Shown here: one piece after another, positions 21,206 to 31,824 of the stretch
How positions within the stretch are numbered: the first letter of the stretch is position 1
Layout of the letters: each line of letters begins with the position of its first letter
From: Candidatus Krumholzibacteriota bacterium
GTDB taxonomy: Bacteria; Krumholzibacteriota; Krumholzibacteriia; JAJRXK01
Length of the DNA: 64,000 nt
NCBI GenBank assembly: GCA_963727455.1
Contig: CAVSGG010000008.1
Coordinates: 192,001 to 256,000, forward strand
Direction: 5' to 3'
Translations under genes and position numbers: made by a program
The notes under the pieces: generated by a model
What the model saw: only the letters and a program-made list of their open reading frames with translations
Databases searched by the model: none
Told to the model about the DNA's origin: nothing

Positions 21206-22308
21206 CCGCGAAAGTCCTCTCTTCGCGGATGCACAAACCCCCTCCCCCCAAGCGTGGATTGACGAAGCACGGGTCGCGCCAAGAGCGTGAGTACCTGTGG
21301 ACCCAGGATTTCGACCGCAGGAATACCTCCGTCGCATAGTTGAGATACCAGATCGGGACCACGCCACTTCTTCGGCGCTGCCATAGCGTACGCGCGACCA
21401 GACCGCGCCAAATCCGTGATCGAAGCGTCCCGGACCCGCCAGACTCTGGGTAGGCCCGCGGGGCCCTGGAGACCAAGGAGCAAACTGGCAGTCCGCAGCA
21501 CCCGGCTCAGCTCCTATTGCACTCCCATTTCCCTCGCGCGCGCGGAGAGGGTATGCCCATCGACCCTTCTCCGGCGCGCGAAGGCCAGCGTCTCCACACG
21601 GCCGGATCATGCCGGCGTAGTTCTCGTCATGGTCGATGCGGAGGCACGAATGGATGAGTGAATCGTAATCGTCCAGGCGCCTCATCTTCTCGTAATCGGG
21701 GCGAGAGAGGAAGGGAACGCGTCCACATCCCGTCCAGATCGAGATGAAAGGGATGCGGGGGACGAACCATGATCCCAGTGCAAGTTGAGCCTGAGTGCGG
21801 GACAGCTGGGTAAATAACGTGGCTCGGCGCGGTGATGGTGCAGGTAATATTCCTGCGGAAGCTTGCCGAGGCGCAGAAAGCCACAAGCATCGACCAAGCG
21901 TTCAGCCTCTTCCATCGCGGCGCGGCCGAGCAGGAGATCCATTTCGCCCGGACCGCGCAGCCAGCCCCGAGGCTCGTAGAGCAAGATGCGCAGGGCGGTC
22001 CCGTTCAGAGCGATCGCGGGAATGGAAGCTTCGGCGAATTTCTCAGCCAGCCGCCGTGTCGAGTCCCCGGCGACCAGATCGAAGGCAGCCGTGAGTTCGT
22101 GTGCCTCCTGCATCCTCAACTTGAGCAGTGGGGGAAGCTCGTCGTAGACGCCTTCGTCCTTTAGTACTCGGTAGAGCAAGGGGAGAATGCCGTTGTCGTT
22201 GGCCAGCTCCAAACCGGAGGCGTCGGGAGCCAGAAGGGGACAGCTCGTCTCGTCTTTGGCCATGAGACGAGCGATCCAGTGCAGCAGCTGATGAGGGGCG
22301 CGGTTCAC
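21202..22308 (-). CDS. Nucleotidyltransferase-family (NTP_transf_5-like) protein with several frameshifts
   Basis: IALNGTALRILLY...R...EMDLLL followed by LNLHW. The C-terminal half continues in other frames to a stop at 21202, convergent with PqqD. Confidence 0.65.
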
Positions 22309-22329
22309 GCTAGGCTCCGAGGAGGGGAT

Positions 22330-23286
22330 CTAGTGTCGATACACGTAGATGGAAAAGACGATGTACAGAGTCAAGAGCATCGCGGCTTCCGGCCGCTCCA
22401 CGCGGCCGTGGCGACGCATGATGGGAATGACCGCCAGCGTGAACAAGAGCATCACCATGAGCAAGAACCCAGTGGATCCGGATTCGTAAGGAATCTCAGC
22501 TCCTCCGAAGCACGCACTGATACCCAGCACGAAGAGCAAGTTGAGGATGTTCGAGCCAAGGATGTTGCCCACACCGATCTCATGCTGTCCTCTCAGTACC
22601 GCCACCACCGAAGCCGCAAGCTCGGGAAGGGAGGTGCCCTACGGCAACCATGGTGGCGCCGATCACACTCTCGTCGATTCCCAATTGCAAGGCGATGGCC
22701 CTGGCGCCCGTCACGAGCACTGTCGCACCGCCCACCAAGAAGGCCAGACCCAACACGACCATGAGCGAAGGAAGCAGCATACCTCCCTCGCCAGGATCGA
22801 TTACTCCCTCCAACGGTGTCTCCTTGATGGCATGTCCGCTTCTGACGTAGTACCAGGTGAAGAGAACGAGGCCCAGGAGGAGGATGATCCCGTCGTAGAC
22901 GGAATAACCCGCGCGGAAAGAGGGCCAGCGCGATTCCCAGGAGAGTCATCGCAACCAGGATCTTGACCTCCGCGCTCACCCGCGCCCAGGGCACATGGAT
23001 GGGCCGAAGCAGTCCCAGGATGCCCAAAATGAGTCCAATATTGGCGATATTGGATCCCAATACGTTTCCCAGGGCCAAACCGCCCGAACCCATTCGTGCC
23101 GCGGTGAGCGATGCGACCGCTTCGGGAGCACTGGTCCCGAAGGCCACGATCGTCATCCCCACCACCATGGGACGGACCCCCATGCGGAAGGCAATGCGAG
23201 ATCGAGCCCCGAACGAGGATCTCGGCACCGAACCAGGTACCGATCGCCCCACCCACCAGGTATGCGATAGCCAGGAAGCCATGCAC
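22330..23286 (-). CDS. Calcium/sodium antiporter (YrbG family), frameshifted
   Basis: GMTIVAFGTSAPE...GNVLGSNIAN, and a second repeat GATMVAVG...GNILGSNILN. Confidence 0.85.
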
Positions 23287-23359
23287 TTGGATCCGTCTCC
23301 TTTGCGAATGGGGCCTCACGGAGCGAGCCCGCGCCGCCTTCGTTCGCGGCGGCGCTCCG

Positions 23360-23388
23360 TTGACCGCTGATCGGCTTCACCGTATCCT
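23360..23388 (+). promoter_or_regulatory. Putative sigma70 promoter of the GDP-sugar operon
   Basis: TTGACC-N17-TATCCT. Confidence 0.5.
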
Positions 23389-23459
23389 TGCTTCTCCTTC
23401 ATGCCAAGACTCAGCTTGCCATGTCGCCCTCAAGGACGAACTACAGGAGAACGCGGATA

Positions 23460-24434
23460 ATGCGCGCATTGATCACCGGGTACACGGGTTTCGTGGGTAG
23501 CCATCTCGCGGAGGCCCTTCTCGAGCGCGGCACCGAAGTGTACGGGCTCTATCGCTGGCGGAGCCGGCTCGAGAACGTCAAACACCTCCAGGGCCGCGTT
23601 CACCTGGTCGAGGGAGACATCGCCGACGCGGCGGCGATGCGCCACGCCGTGGCGCTCTCGCGTCCGGACGAAATCTACCATCTGGCGGCACAGTCTTTCG
23701 TTCCGACCTCGTGGACGAGCCCGGGCGCCACTCTGGATACCAACATCCAGGGTGAGCTCAATCTTTTCGAAGCAGTGCGGCAGCTCGAAGATCTCCCCAC
23801 GAATTCAAATCGCCGGTAGCAGCGAGGAGTACGGACTCGTTCGTGAGGATGAACTGCCGATCACCGAGGAGCAACCGCTCCGCCCCCTCTCCCCCTACGC
23901 GGTGAGCAAGGTGGCCCAAGATCTCTTGGCACATCAGTACTTTCGCTCGTACGGACTCGATGTGGTTCGCACGCGCGGATTCAATCACACCGGACCCCGC
24001 CGCGGTCAGGTCTTCGTGTGTTCCAATTTTGCCTGGCAGATCGTCCGAATCGAGCGCGGCAGGCGGAGCCCATCATCCGCGTGGGCAACCTCGAAGCCCG
24101 CAGGGATTTCACGGACGTAAGGGACATCGTGAGGGGCTATCAGCTCGCCTTGCAAAAGGGCGAGGCCGGCGAGGTCTACAATCTGTGTTCCGGCCGCGAT
24201 TGGAGCATTCAGCAGATCCTGGATCACCTGCTCTCGCGCAGCGAGGTCGAGGTGAAAGTCGAATTCGATCCTGCGCGCGCTCGACCCAGCGACGTGCCCG
24301 TCCTTCAGGGCAGTGCCGCGAAATTTCATGCTGTCTCCGGATGGAAACCCGAAATTCCCTTCGAGAGAACCCTCGATCAGATTCTGGACCACTGGCGGCA
24401 AGATCTTGCGTCCGCAAGAGGCTCCGACTCTTGA
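23460..24434 (+). CDS. GDP-mannose 4,6-dehydratase/Rmd-like SDR enzyme (frameshifts near 23790 and 24060)
   Basis: LITGYTGFVGSHL, HLAAQSFV, SSEEYG, YAVSK, FNHTGP and RDFTDVRD motifs. Confidence 0.85.
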
Positions 24435-25403
24435 AGCGCGCTTGGGTCACGGGGAGTCATGGCTTCGTTGCGCCATGGTTGATTCGTGAGCTCACACGGC
24501 GAAGAATCGAGGTCTTCGGGATCGACCGTCCCGGCCGTCCGCCCCGCACAAGAAGGCGAATACGAGGGACTCGAGCTGGACCTTCTCGACCCAGGCCGTA
24601 GATCGCGCCCTGCGGAAACATCGGCCCGACGCAATTTTCCATCTCGCCGCGCAGAGTAGCGCCGCGCGTTCCTTCCAGCATCCCGCAGAGACCCTGCACG
24701 TGAACGTGCAGACCACGGTGAGTTGCTCGAGGGAATCAGGCGTTCGGCAAGAGACGAAATGGTGTTGCTCTCGGTGGGTTCCTGCGAAGAGTACGGGCCG
24801 ATTCATGACGAGCAGGAGATTCCAGTGCGCGAGGATCACGCGCTGCGTCCAGCATCGCCCTACGCCGTGAGCAAAGTGGCGCAGACGCTGCTGTGCCTAC
24901 AGTACCACGAGGCCTATGCTCTGCCCGTGGTCTGCACGCGATCCTTCACTCACAGTGGCCCCGGCCAGAGCGACCGCTTCGTGTTCTCGAGCTTTGCCCG
25001 CCAGATCGCCGAGCAAGAGAAGGAAGGCCAAAGGGGACCAGGTGAGCTCCTCGTGGGAAACCTGGCGGCAGTGCGCGACTTGAGCGACGTGCGAGACGTT
25101 GCGCGCGCCTATGTGGAATTGGCCGAGAAGGGTAAACGCGGCGAGGTGTACAACGTGTGCTCCGGGAGGGGTATCGCGATCGAAGATGGGCTCTCGATTC
25201 TCCGCTCGCTCTCCAAGCGCGAAGTCGAGGTCAAGGTCGATCCGAAACGGCTCCGGCCGCTCGACGTTCCCGTCCTAGTGGGAGACGTGAGCAAGTTGCG
25301 CTCTCTCTTGGGTTGGTCCCCCTCCACGCCGGTCGAGCAAACTCTCGGTGATCTGCTCCAAGATTGGCGCATGCAGCTTCAGAGAGGAGAGCCCAATGGC
25401 TAG
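24431..25403 (+). CDS. Second GDP-sugar dehydratase/reductase (Rmd-like), frameshift near 24570
   Basis: WVTGSHGFVA, HLAAQS, SCEEYG, YAVSK and RDLSDVRD motifs. Confidence 0.8.
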
Positions 25404-26703
25404 GATTTGCATGGTGGGGACCGGCTACGTCGGGCTGGTGTCGGGCGCCTGCTTCGCGGACTTCGGTCACGAAGTTCACTGCGTGGACATCGACGAAAAG
25501 CGCATCGAGGCCCTGAAGCGTCACGAAATTCCCTTCTTCGAGCCGGGTCTCGATCAGCTCGTGCTCCGTAACCATCAGTCAGGCAGACTCCACTTCAGCA
25601 CGAAGCTCGAGGCGGGTATCCGCGCCTGTGAGGTCATCATGATCGCGGTCCAGACTCCGAGCGGAGAGCGCGGTGAAGCCGACTTGCGTCACGTTTTGAG
25701 CGTGGCACGGGAGGTGGGACGGCATCTCTTGCCGAAGGAACGGAAGCTGATCGTGACCAAGAGTACGGTTCCCGTGGGCACCTCACGCCGAGTCAAGGCG
25801 GAGATCGCGGAGAGCGCGCCTTCGGGCTCGGTATTCGAAGTCGCTTCGAATCCCGAGTTCCTGCGCGAAGGCAGCGCGATTGAGGATTTCATGCGACCGG
25901 ACCGCGTGGTTCTCGGGGTTGAGTCCGAGGAGGCGGAGCGAGTGCTGCGCGAACTCTATCGGCCGCTCTTTCTGCTCGAGACGCCGATGGTCGCTTGCGA
26001 CATCTCCACCAGCGAGCTGATCAAGTACGCGAGCAATGCGTTTCTGGCTTTGAAGATCTCCTACATCAACGAGCTTGCCGATCTCTGCGAGCGGACCGGG
26101 GCCAACATCTCTGCCGTGGCTAAAGCCATGGGACTGGATGGCCGCATCGGCCCCAAATTCCTCCATCCCGGGCTGGGATTCGGAGGATCCTGCCTTCCCA
26201 AGGACACCAGAGCGATCGTGAACATGGCAAAGGAACACGGAGAGGAATTATCGATCATCTCGGCCGCGATCCGGGTGAACATGATGCGCGTCCCCCGAGC
26301 GGTACAAAAGCTCGAGGGGCTTCTGGGAAAGATCGAAGGCAAGCGCGTGGCCCTTTTGGGACTTGCGTTCAAACCCAACACCGATGACGTGCGGGAGGCC
26401 CCCGCGATCGAGCTGGTAAAAGTCCTGCGCGAGAGAGGCGCTAGTGTGGTGGGATTCGATCCCCAGGCCGCCGAGAGCTTTCGCCGAGTCGTGAGGGACA
26501 TGGAGACGGCGCAGGACGCTTACGCCTGCGCTGAAGCTGCGGACGCCCTCGTTCTGGTCACCGAGTGGAATTCCTTCCGTACCCTCGATCTACTGCGTTT
26601 GAAGTCCTCAATGCGGACCGCCGTATTCCTGGATTGCCGCAACGTCTACGAGCGTGCGCGCATGGAGAGTTTGGGATTCGCCTACGATTGCTTTGGACGG
26701 TGA
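25396..26703 (+). CDS. ugd: UDP-glucose/GDP-mannose 6-dehydrogenase
   Basis: GTGYVGL, KSTVP, NPEFLREG and GFGGSCLPKD motifs. Confidence 0.93.
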   Translation: MARICMVGTGYVGLVSGACFADFGHEVHCVDIDEKRIEALKRHEIPFFEPGLDQLVLRNHQSGRLHFSTKLEAGIRACEVIMIAVQTPSGERGEADLRHVLSVAREVGRHLLPKERKLIVTKSTVPVGTSRRVKAEIAESAPSGSVFEVASNPEFLREGSAIEDFMRPDRVVLGVESEEAERVLRELYRPLFLLETPMVACDISTSELIKYASNAFLALKISYINELADLCERTGANISAVAKAMGLDGRIGPKFLHPGLGFGGSCLPKDTRAIVNMAKEHGEELSIISAAIRVNMMRVPRAVQKLEGLLGKIEGKRVALLGLAFKPNTDDVREAPAIELVKVLRERGASVVGFDPQAAESFRRVVRDMETAQDAYACAEAADALVLVTEWNSFRTLDLLRLKSSMRTAVFLDCRNVYERARMESLGFAYDCFGR

Positions 26704-26713
26704 TTCCGTGGAG

Positions 26714-27976
26714 ATGAAGGCACGGAGCGGCTTCGCTGCGGGCATGGCCTGGAACCTGGCCTCCGCCGCTCTTCCCCTCGTCGCGTCGTTCTTGGTTTCG
26801 GTGCTCCTCTTCCCCTACCTCGGACGAGAAGCGACCGGGCAATACATCCTGGTCATGTCGGCCGCCACCGTGCTCCTCATCGTGGCCAAGTTCGGGGTGC
26901 AGTCAGCGGCCAGCCGACTGATCACCGAGAACCAAGAAGACCCGGGAGTTTGGATCAGGGCCGGTATCGCGGTGCGGAGTCTTTTCACGCTCCCAACCGC
27001 TTTGCTCGCACTAGTGATCTCCCCTTTTCTGGCGCGAGCGATCGACGGGCCTTCGCTCATACCTCCCTTCTGGTTGGTGGCTCCCGTTCTCTTGGCGGCC
27101 TCGGCCTATGAGCTCGCTAGCGAATCCCTGGTCGGGCTGAGGCGCTTCTCCGCGATCTTCTTGGTTCGCCTGTTGTTTCTCGTGCTGCGGGTGGCCGCGG
27201 TGCTCGTCGTGCGCTCGTCTGCCCTGGGTGTCGTGGCCTTTCTCGTCGGACACGTACTGTCCCAGCTTCTGACCTCCGCGGCAGCCTGGGGCTGGATCCT
27301 GCGGCACTTTCCCTCCCGTGCAACTCAGGAGGAGAAAACGCGGGCGCGCAAACGTGTATTGGCGGTGAGCGCCCCTTTGGCGCTGTCTTCGGCGTCCTTT
27401 CTCATCTACGCCCAAACCGACAAGCTCATGGTGGGTTGGTTGCGTGACGCGGCGACCGCAGGAGATTTTGGGGTGGCGCGCACGGTGCTCGACGCGGCTC
27501 TGTTTCCGACCTTTGCGCTCGCCTGGACGCTCAGACCAGCCCTGGTGAGCGCGTTCCAGTCGCGAGACGTCCAGGAGACACGCGCGCGTCTCTTGGAGGG
27601 ATTGCGCTGGTCGGTGGCCTATGCACTGCTGGGTGGACTCCTGCTGTATTGGTTGGGACCGGCCGTTCTGGTGCGGCTGTTTACGCGCGACTTTTCCGCC
27701 TCCGGACCCCTCCTGCGCATCATGGTGCCCATATTGGTGCTGCGCGGGATTGGCACTGTCATTTTCCCCAGCCTGCTCGCCGCTGACCGTCAAACTACCT
27801 ATGCCCGACTCATGGTCCTCACGGCTCTCTTGAACGTGGCGGCCAACTTCCTTCTCATTCCCCCCTTGGGGGCAGAAGGCGCGATCCTGGCCACCATCGC
27901 CAGCTTGCTCCCTTTGACCGTGGGTGGATTGTGGATCGTGGCGAAGCTCTTCTTGAGAAGTGAGCAAAGCCGCTGA
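26714..27976 (+). CDS. Polysaccharide flippase (Wzx/MOP family)
   Basis: About 12 TM helices, TDKLMVG and LIPPLGAEGAILAT; sits in a sugar-nucleotide operon. Confidence 0.8.
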   Translation: MKARSGFAAGMAWNLASAALPLVASFLVSVLLFPYLGREATGQYILVMSAATVLLIVAKFGVQSAASRLITENQEDPGVWIRAGIAVRSLFTLPTALLALVISPFLARAIDGPSLIPPFWLVAPVLLAASAYELASESLVGLRRFSAIFLVRLLFLVLRVAAVLVVRSSALGVVAFLVGHVLSQLLTSAAAWGWILRHFPSRATQEEKTRARKRVLAVSAPLALSSASFLIYAQTDKLMVGWLRDAATAGDFGVARTVLDAALFPTFALAWTLRPALVSAFQSRDVQETRARLLEGLRWSVAYALLGGLLLYWLGPAVLVRLFTRDFSASGPLLRIMVPILVLRGIGTVIFPSLLAADRQTTYARLMVLTALLNVAANFLLIPPLGAEGAILATIASLLPLTVGGLWIVAKLFLRSEQSR

Positions 27977-28143
27977 GAGTTCACGCTCTTCGGCCGCGGA
28001 TGCCCGAAAGACTCCGAACTCCAAGGTGAGAGTCCGCAGCATCGATAATGCTTGACCTGTTCGCCGGGGAACGGTAAACGAAGGGCAGCGCCGCGATTCG
28101 CCGCACTTGCGCCTTGCCTCCTCGACTTCGGAGAAGCGCGAAC

Positions 28144-29238
28144 ATGTCCATCCTGTCGACAATTTTCGGCTTTAGTCTCGCGTGCCTGGTTTGTCTCGCT
28201 CTCACTCCTCTGGTCGCTCGCCTGGCAATCTCGGATGGACTTCGCAGCTCGACACCGCGCCGTTCCGGCTTGGCACCCGAGGTGCGGCCCCGGATCGGTG
28301 GGCTCGCGATCTATGGGGCGGTAGTACTCACCCTCCTCCTCTCGGCCTTCGCGTTCCCCGCGCTACAGAACCCCGCTGCAACGCGCTTCTTGAGCGGAGT
28401 CATCCTCTCCGGTGGACTGGTCGTCATCTTAGGACTGATCGACGATTTGCAGGAGAGCCTTCCCTGGAAGAAGTTGATCACTCAGGCGCTGGCCGTGCTG
28501 GTGCTGCAGTTCTACATGGACGTTCTGGGTTTCGCGATGGCCATGGGTCCCTGGTTGCACTTGGTGGTCTCACTGGTGCTTTTGCTCTGGATGCTGGGCC
28601 TGAGCAATGCCATGAACCTCATCGACGGTCTGGATGGACTGGCAGCTTCCATCGCGGCGCTGATCGGCTTGGGCATGTCCGTCGTGGCGCTCGCCCTTCA
28701 TCTGCCTTTGGCCGCATTGACCGCGGCCGTAATCTCAGGGGCGAGCTTCGCCTTTTTGCGCAAGAATGCACCGCCCGCGTCCATCATCATGGGCGATACT
28801 GGCTCGATGTTCACCGGATTCGCGCTTGCCGCGGTAGGAGTCGCGATCTTCGGAGCCCGTCCTTCCGCGCGGACTCTCCTGGGCCTACTTCTCATCTCCT
28901 GGGTTCCTGCATTGGACACCTTCTACGCGGTTCTGCGGCGCTGGGCGCGCAGGAGCAGCATCTTCCATGGCGATCTCGGACATCTGCACCACCGCCTGCT
29001 CGATGCCGGCTTTTCGCAGAAAAGCGCAGGGCTCGGTCTGAGCGCACTCACACTCTTGGGAGCAGTCACTGGAGCGGCGGTAATCCTGGGCCGCCACGCT
29101 CTTCTCTTTACAACTGCCCTCCTGCTTGCCACCTTCTTGCTGGTGTGGATCGTACTGCCGCACCTTTTCTCGCGCTTGGATGAGTCGAGCGCGAAGAGCC
29201 GGCGTGTCGACGCCGTTTCGCATGACAAAGCCGCCTGA
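28144..29238 (+). CDS. WecA/TagO-like undecaprenyl-phosphate sugar-1-phosphate transferase (MraY family)
   Basis: GLIDD, NAMNLIDGLDGL, MGDTGS and HLHHRL motifs. Confidence 0.88.
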   Translation: MSILSTIFGFSLACLVCLALTPLVARLAISDGLRSSTPRRSGLAPEVRPRIGGLAIYGAVVLTLLLSAFAFPALQNPAATRFLSGVILSGGLVVILGLIDDLQESLPWKKLITQALAVLVLQFYMDVLGFAMAMGPWLHLVVSLVLLLWMLGLSNAMNLIDGLDGLAASIAALIGLGMSVVALALHLPLAALTAAVISGASFAFLRKNAPPASIIMGDTGSMFTGFALAAVGVAIFGARPSARTLLGLLLISWVPALDTFYAVLRRWARRSSIFHGDLGHLHHRLLDAGFSQKSAGLGLSALTLLGAVTGAAVILGRHALLFTTALLLATFLLVWIVLPHLFSRLDESSAKSRRVDAVSHDKAA

Positions 29239-29241
29239 TCC

Positions 29242-30324
29242 ATGGTTCAGCCACTCACCATTGGGACGAGAGAGGATGGTCTCGCGAGAGCTCAGGCTGA
29301 GCTTTTCATGGAGCAGTTGCGGGAGTATGAACCCCCCTATCCAGTTCATCTGGAACTAGTCCGTCCTTCACAGGACCGGCCAATCGCGGTCCACGTCGAT
29401 CACATCGCGGAGAACCGCCGCAACATCCAGCTTCTTCATCACATTCTGCGCGAAGGTGATTGCGACGTCGTCATCCATCGTGGCTTCGATTTACGGGACA
29501 AGTTGCCCCCCGATCTCGCCATTGCCGCGATTCCAAAGCGGTGTTCACCCTACGATGCGCTTCTCTCACCTTCGGGGCTCACTCTCGACGAGCTGGAACC
29601 AGGAACTCCCGTAGGGGTAGTCCAACTCCGTGCGCGGGTACAGATGCTCCAGTACCGCCACGATCTCGACTGGACTCTCATGTCGGGAGACGTCGCCACC
29701 TGGCTGGCTGATCTACTGGATCAGAAAATCGAAGCGCTCGTCATGCCCAACGCGGCCATCGAGCAGTTGGGACTGCAGGAGCGTGTGAGTGAAATATTTC
29801 CCGCCGACCTGGTGATTCCCGCCCCGTGCTCGGGTATCCTCGTCTGCATTACCCGCCGCGATGACGAACTGGCACGGGGGCGCCTCTCTTGCATCCACCA
29901 CAAGGAGACCGCGCGTGAGTACGCGGCAGAACGCTCCATGATGGACGCACTGGACTGCGAGTGGGATTCTCCGGTGGCCGCACTCGCGCAGTGCAAGGGA
30001 CGCAGGCTTCTACTTCTGGGTATGGTCGCCGATACCGACGGCTACCGACTGATCAGGGAAGGAGTGGAAGGCAAGTCCTCCGAGTCGATCGAGGTGGGCG
30101 AGGCTGTCGCGGAGCTTTTATCACGCGGTCTCAGGCAGTCCGCGGAGGAATGGGACAGCGAAGAGTTCTCCGAGTCGCAAGTGGAGACGGATGAAGTCGC
30201 GGACGAACTAACTGCGCTCTTACTGGCGACCAACTTGAACGACCTCGAGGACGACTACCCCGAGAGCGACGAAGAGAAAGAGAAAGATCCAGACGATTTT
30301 GAAGAGGAGGAGTTTCTCGAATGA
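29242..30324 (+). CDS. Hydroxymethylbilane synthase (HemC)-like protein with a degenerate active site and acidic tail
   Basis: Fold landmarks IGTR..LARAQ, PAP.SG.L, AERS and P.AALA are present, but most substrate and cofactor residues are altered. Confidence 0.75.
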   Translation: MVQPLTIGTREDGLARAQAELFMEQLREYEPPYPVHLELVRPSQDRPIAVHVDHIAENRRNIQLLHHILREGDCDVVIHRGFDLRDKLPPDLAIAAIPKRCSPYDALLSPSGLTLDELEPGTPVGVVQLRARVQMLQYRHDLDWTLMSGDVATWLADLLDQKIEALVMPNAAIEQLGLQERVSEIFPADLVIPAPCSGILVCITRRDDELARGRLSCIHHKETAREYAAERSMMDALDCEWDSPVAALAQCKGRRLLLLGMVADTDGYRLIREGVEGKSSESIEVGEAVAELLSRGLRQSAEEWDSEEFSESQVETDEVADELTALLLATNLNDLEDDYPESDEEKEKDPDDFEEEEFLE

Positions 30325-31313
30325 CTAAGCCCCTGCCCACCCTCTTGCTAACCGCCCTTCCAGCCTCGGGCAAGTCCGAGGTCCGGCGCTACCTCGAACA
30401 TCTCAGTCCCGAGGAGGTCACGCGCGATTTCCATCTGGGCGAGACGGTCCAGCTGGATGACTACCCCTATGTCCATGCCATGCGTCGCATCTCGGAAGAG
30501 TTGGTATCGCGGGGACGCGACGGGATCTTCTTCACCTCACAGCTCGAGCCCTTCAAGGAACCGCTGGACTGGGGAACTCTGATGCACCTGCTCAACGAGG
30601 ACTATCGCGACCTCCACGAGCCGCCGAAGATCGAAGTCGATTCCGCGGCGAACTGGCTCTTCGACCGTCTCGATCGCTGTCGCTCCGCCGTGGGCGCACC
30701 GGCCGAACTGGGGGCTCTGGAGCCCGGCTTGCGCAAAGAGCTGAGCGAGGCACTCGAAGACGAAGCACGCTCCCTTCTGAACGACAAGCTGGCCGGTATC
30801 CCCGAGGATCTTAGGGGCAAGACGATCGTCATCGAGTTTGCCCGTGGAGGCGCCGATGGCTCCTCGATGCCTCTTCCCGCTCCCTTCGGCTATGCTTTTG
30901 GATTCGCCCAGTTAAGCGACGAAATTCTGAAGGACGCCAGCGTCCTCTACATTTGGGTTTCGCCCGAGGAGAGCAGACGCAAGAACGAGGAGCGCGCCAA
31001 GCCGGGTCGCAGCGGTGATGCGTCGATTCTCAACCACGGCGTGCCCATCAAAGTCATGCTAGGCGATTACGGCTGTGACGACATCGAGTGGTTGCTTGAG
31101 CAGAGCGACCGCCGCGACACCGTCCGCATCGAGACCCGCGGCAGGGTCTTCCATCTTCCTCTGGCCCGTTTCGACAACCGCGAGGACCTTACAACTTTCG
31201 TCCGAAAGGACCCCCAGCAGTGGACGAAGGAGGAAGTGAGTGCGCTTCACTCGGGTCTGAAGGACGCATTCGAACATCTTCTACGGGCGCGCCGGGAGTC
31301 GCCCGAGGCCTAG
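30321..31313 (+). CDS. Hypothetical P-loop NTPase/kinase-like protein
   Basis: N-terminal LLTALPASGKS Walker A-like motif and IVIEFARG. ATGA-coupled to the HemC-like gene. Confidence 0.6.
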   Translation: MTKPLPTLLLTALPASGKSEVRRYLEHLSPEEVTRDFHLGETVQLDDYPYVHAMRRISEELVSRGRDGIFFTSQLEPFKEPLDWGTLMHLLNEDYRDLHEPPKIEVDSAANWLFDRLDRCRSAVGAPAELGALEPGLRKELSEALEDEARSLLNDKLAGIPEDLRGKTIVIEFARGGADGSSMPLPAPFGYAFGFAQLSDEILKDASVLYIWVSPEESRRKNEERAKPGRSGDASILNHGVPIKVMLGDYGCDDIEWLLEQSDRRDTVRIETRGRVFHLPLARFDNREDLTTFVRKDPQQWTKEEVSALHSGLKDAFEHLLRARRESPEA

Positions 31314-31810
31314 GGAGTCGAGGAGCCCTCGCAGCGGCCGGGCTGCCGGCCGCTGAGCTTCCACTCCCCCTGCACCTTCCGGTACAACTCCACCCAGGGC
31401 TCGAAGCTGTCGATCGCGGTCTCCACTCCGTTCTCGTCCTTCTTTGTCCCTACGAGGTGTATGCGCGTGATCAACCAGGCGAGAGATCCGTCGTTGGCGA
31501 CCTCCACCACGGGATCTGAGGTATCCTCGTAGCGCTGAATGGCGAGGGACCCCAACCAAAGGGAACGCTGAGCGCGACGCTCTGAAACACTGGATTCACG
31601 GATTTTTCCCTCGCTGCACTCCACGAAGTCCTCCGTCTCCAGCGCCAACCAAGCATCGAGATCGCCCTGGCGCACCGCCCGTAGTAGTTCCTGGTGACGT
31701 TGGAGCAGCTCTTGCTTTTCCAGCTCTATGGGCCGTCCCGGAGAGAGCCCGCGTATCAGTACGAAGAGAGCGGCGGGAATTAGCAGCAACCAAGGCCAAT
31801 GGCGTGACAA
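31310..31810 (-). CDS. NTF2/SnoaL-like (DUF4440-type) protein with an N-terminal membrane anchor
   Basis: AVRQGDLDAWLALETEDFV, VANDGSLAW and YRKVQGEWKL pattern. Confidence 0.6.
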   Translation of the reverse strand: MSRHWPWLLLIPAALFVLIRGLSPGRPIELEKQELLQRHQELLRAVRQGDLDAWLALETEDFVECSEGKIRESSVSERRAQRSLWLGSLAIQRYEDTSDPVVEVANDGSLAWLITRIHLVGTKKDENGVETAIDSFEPWVELYRKVQGEWKLSGRQPGRCEGSSTP

Positions 31811-31824
31811 AGCGAACCTCCGGT

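Noticed and set aside
29242-30324. Functional hemC annotation
   Set aside because: The cofactor Cys and several conserved Arg/Lys residues appear substituted, so the gene symbol is withheld.
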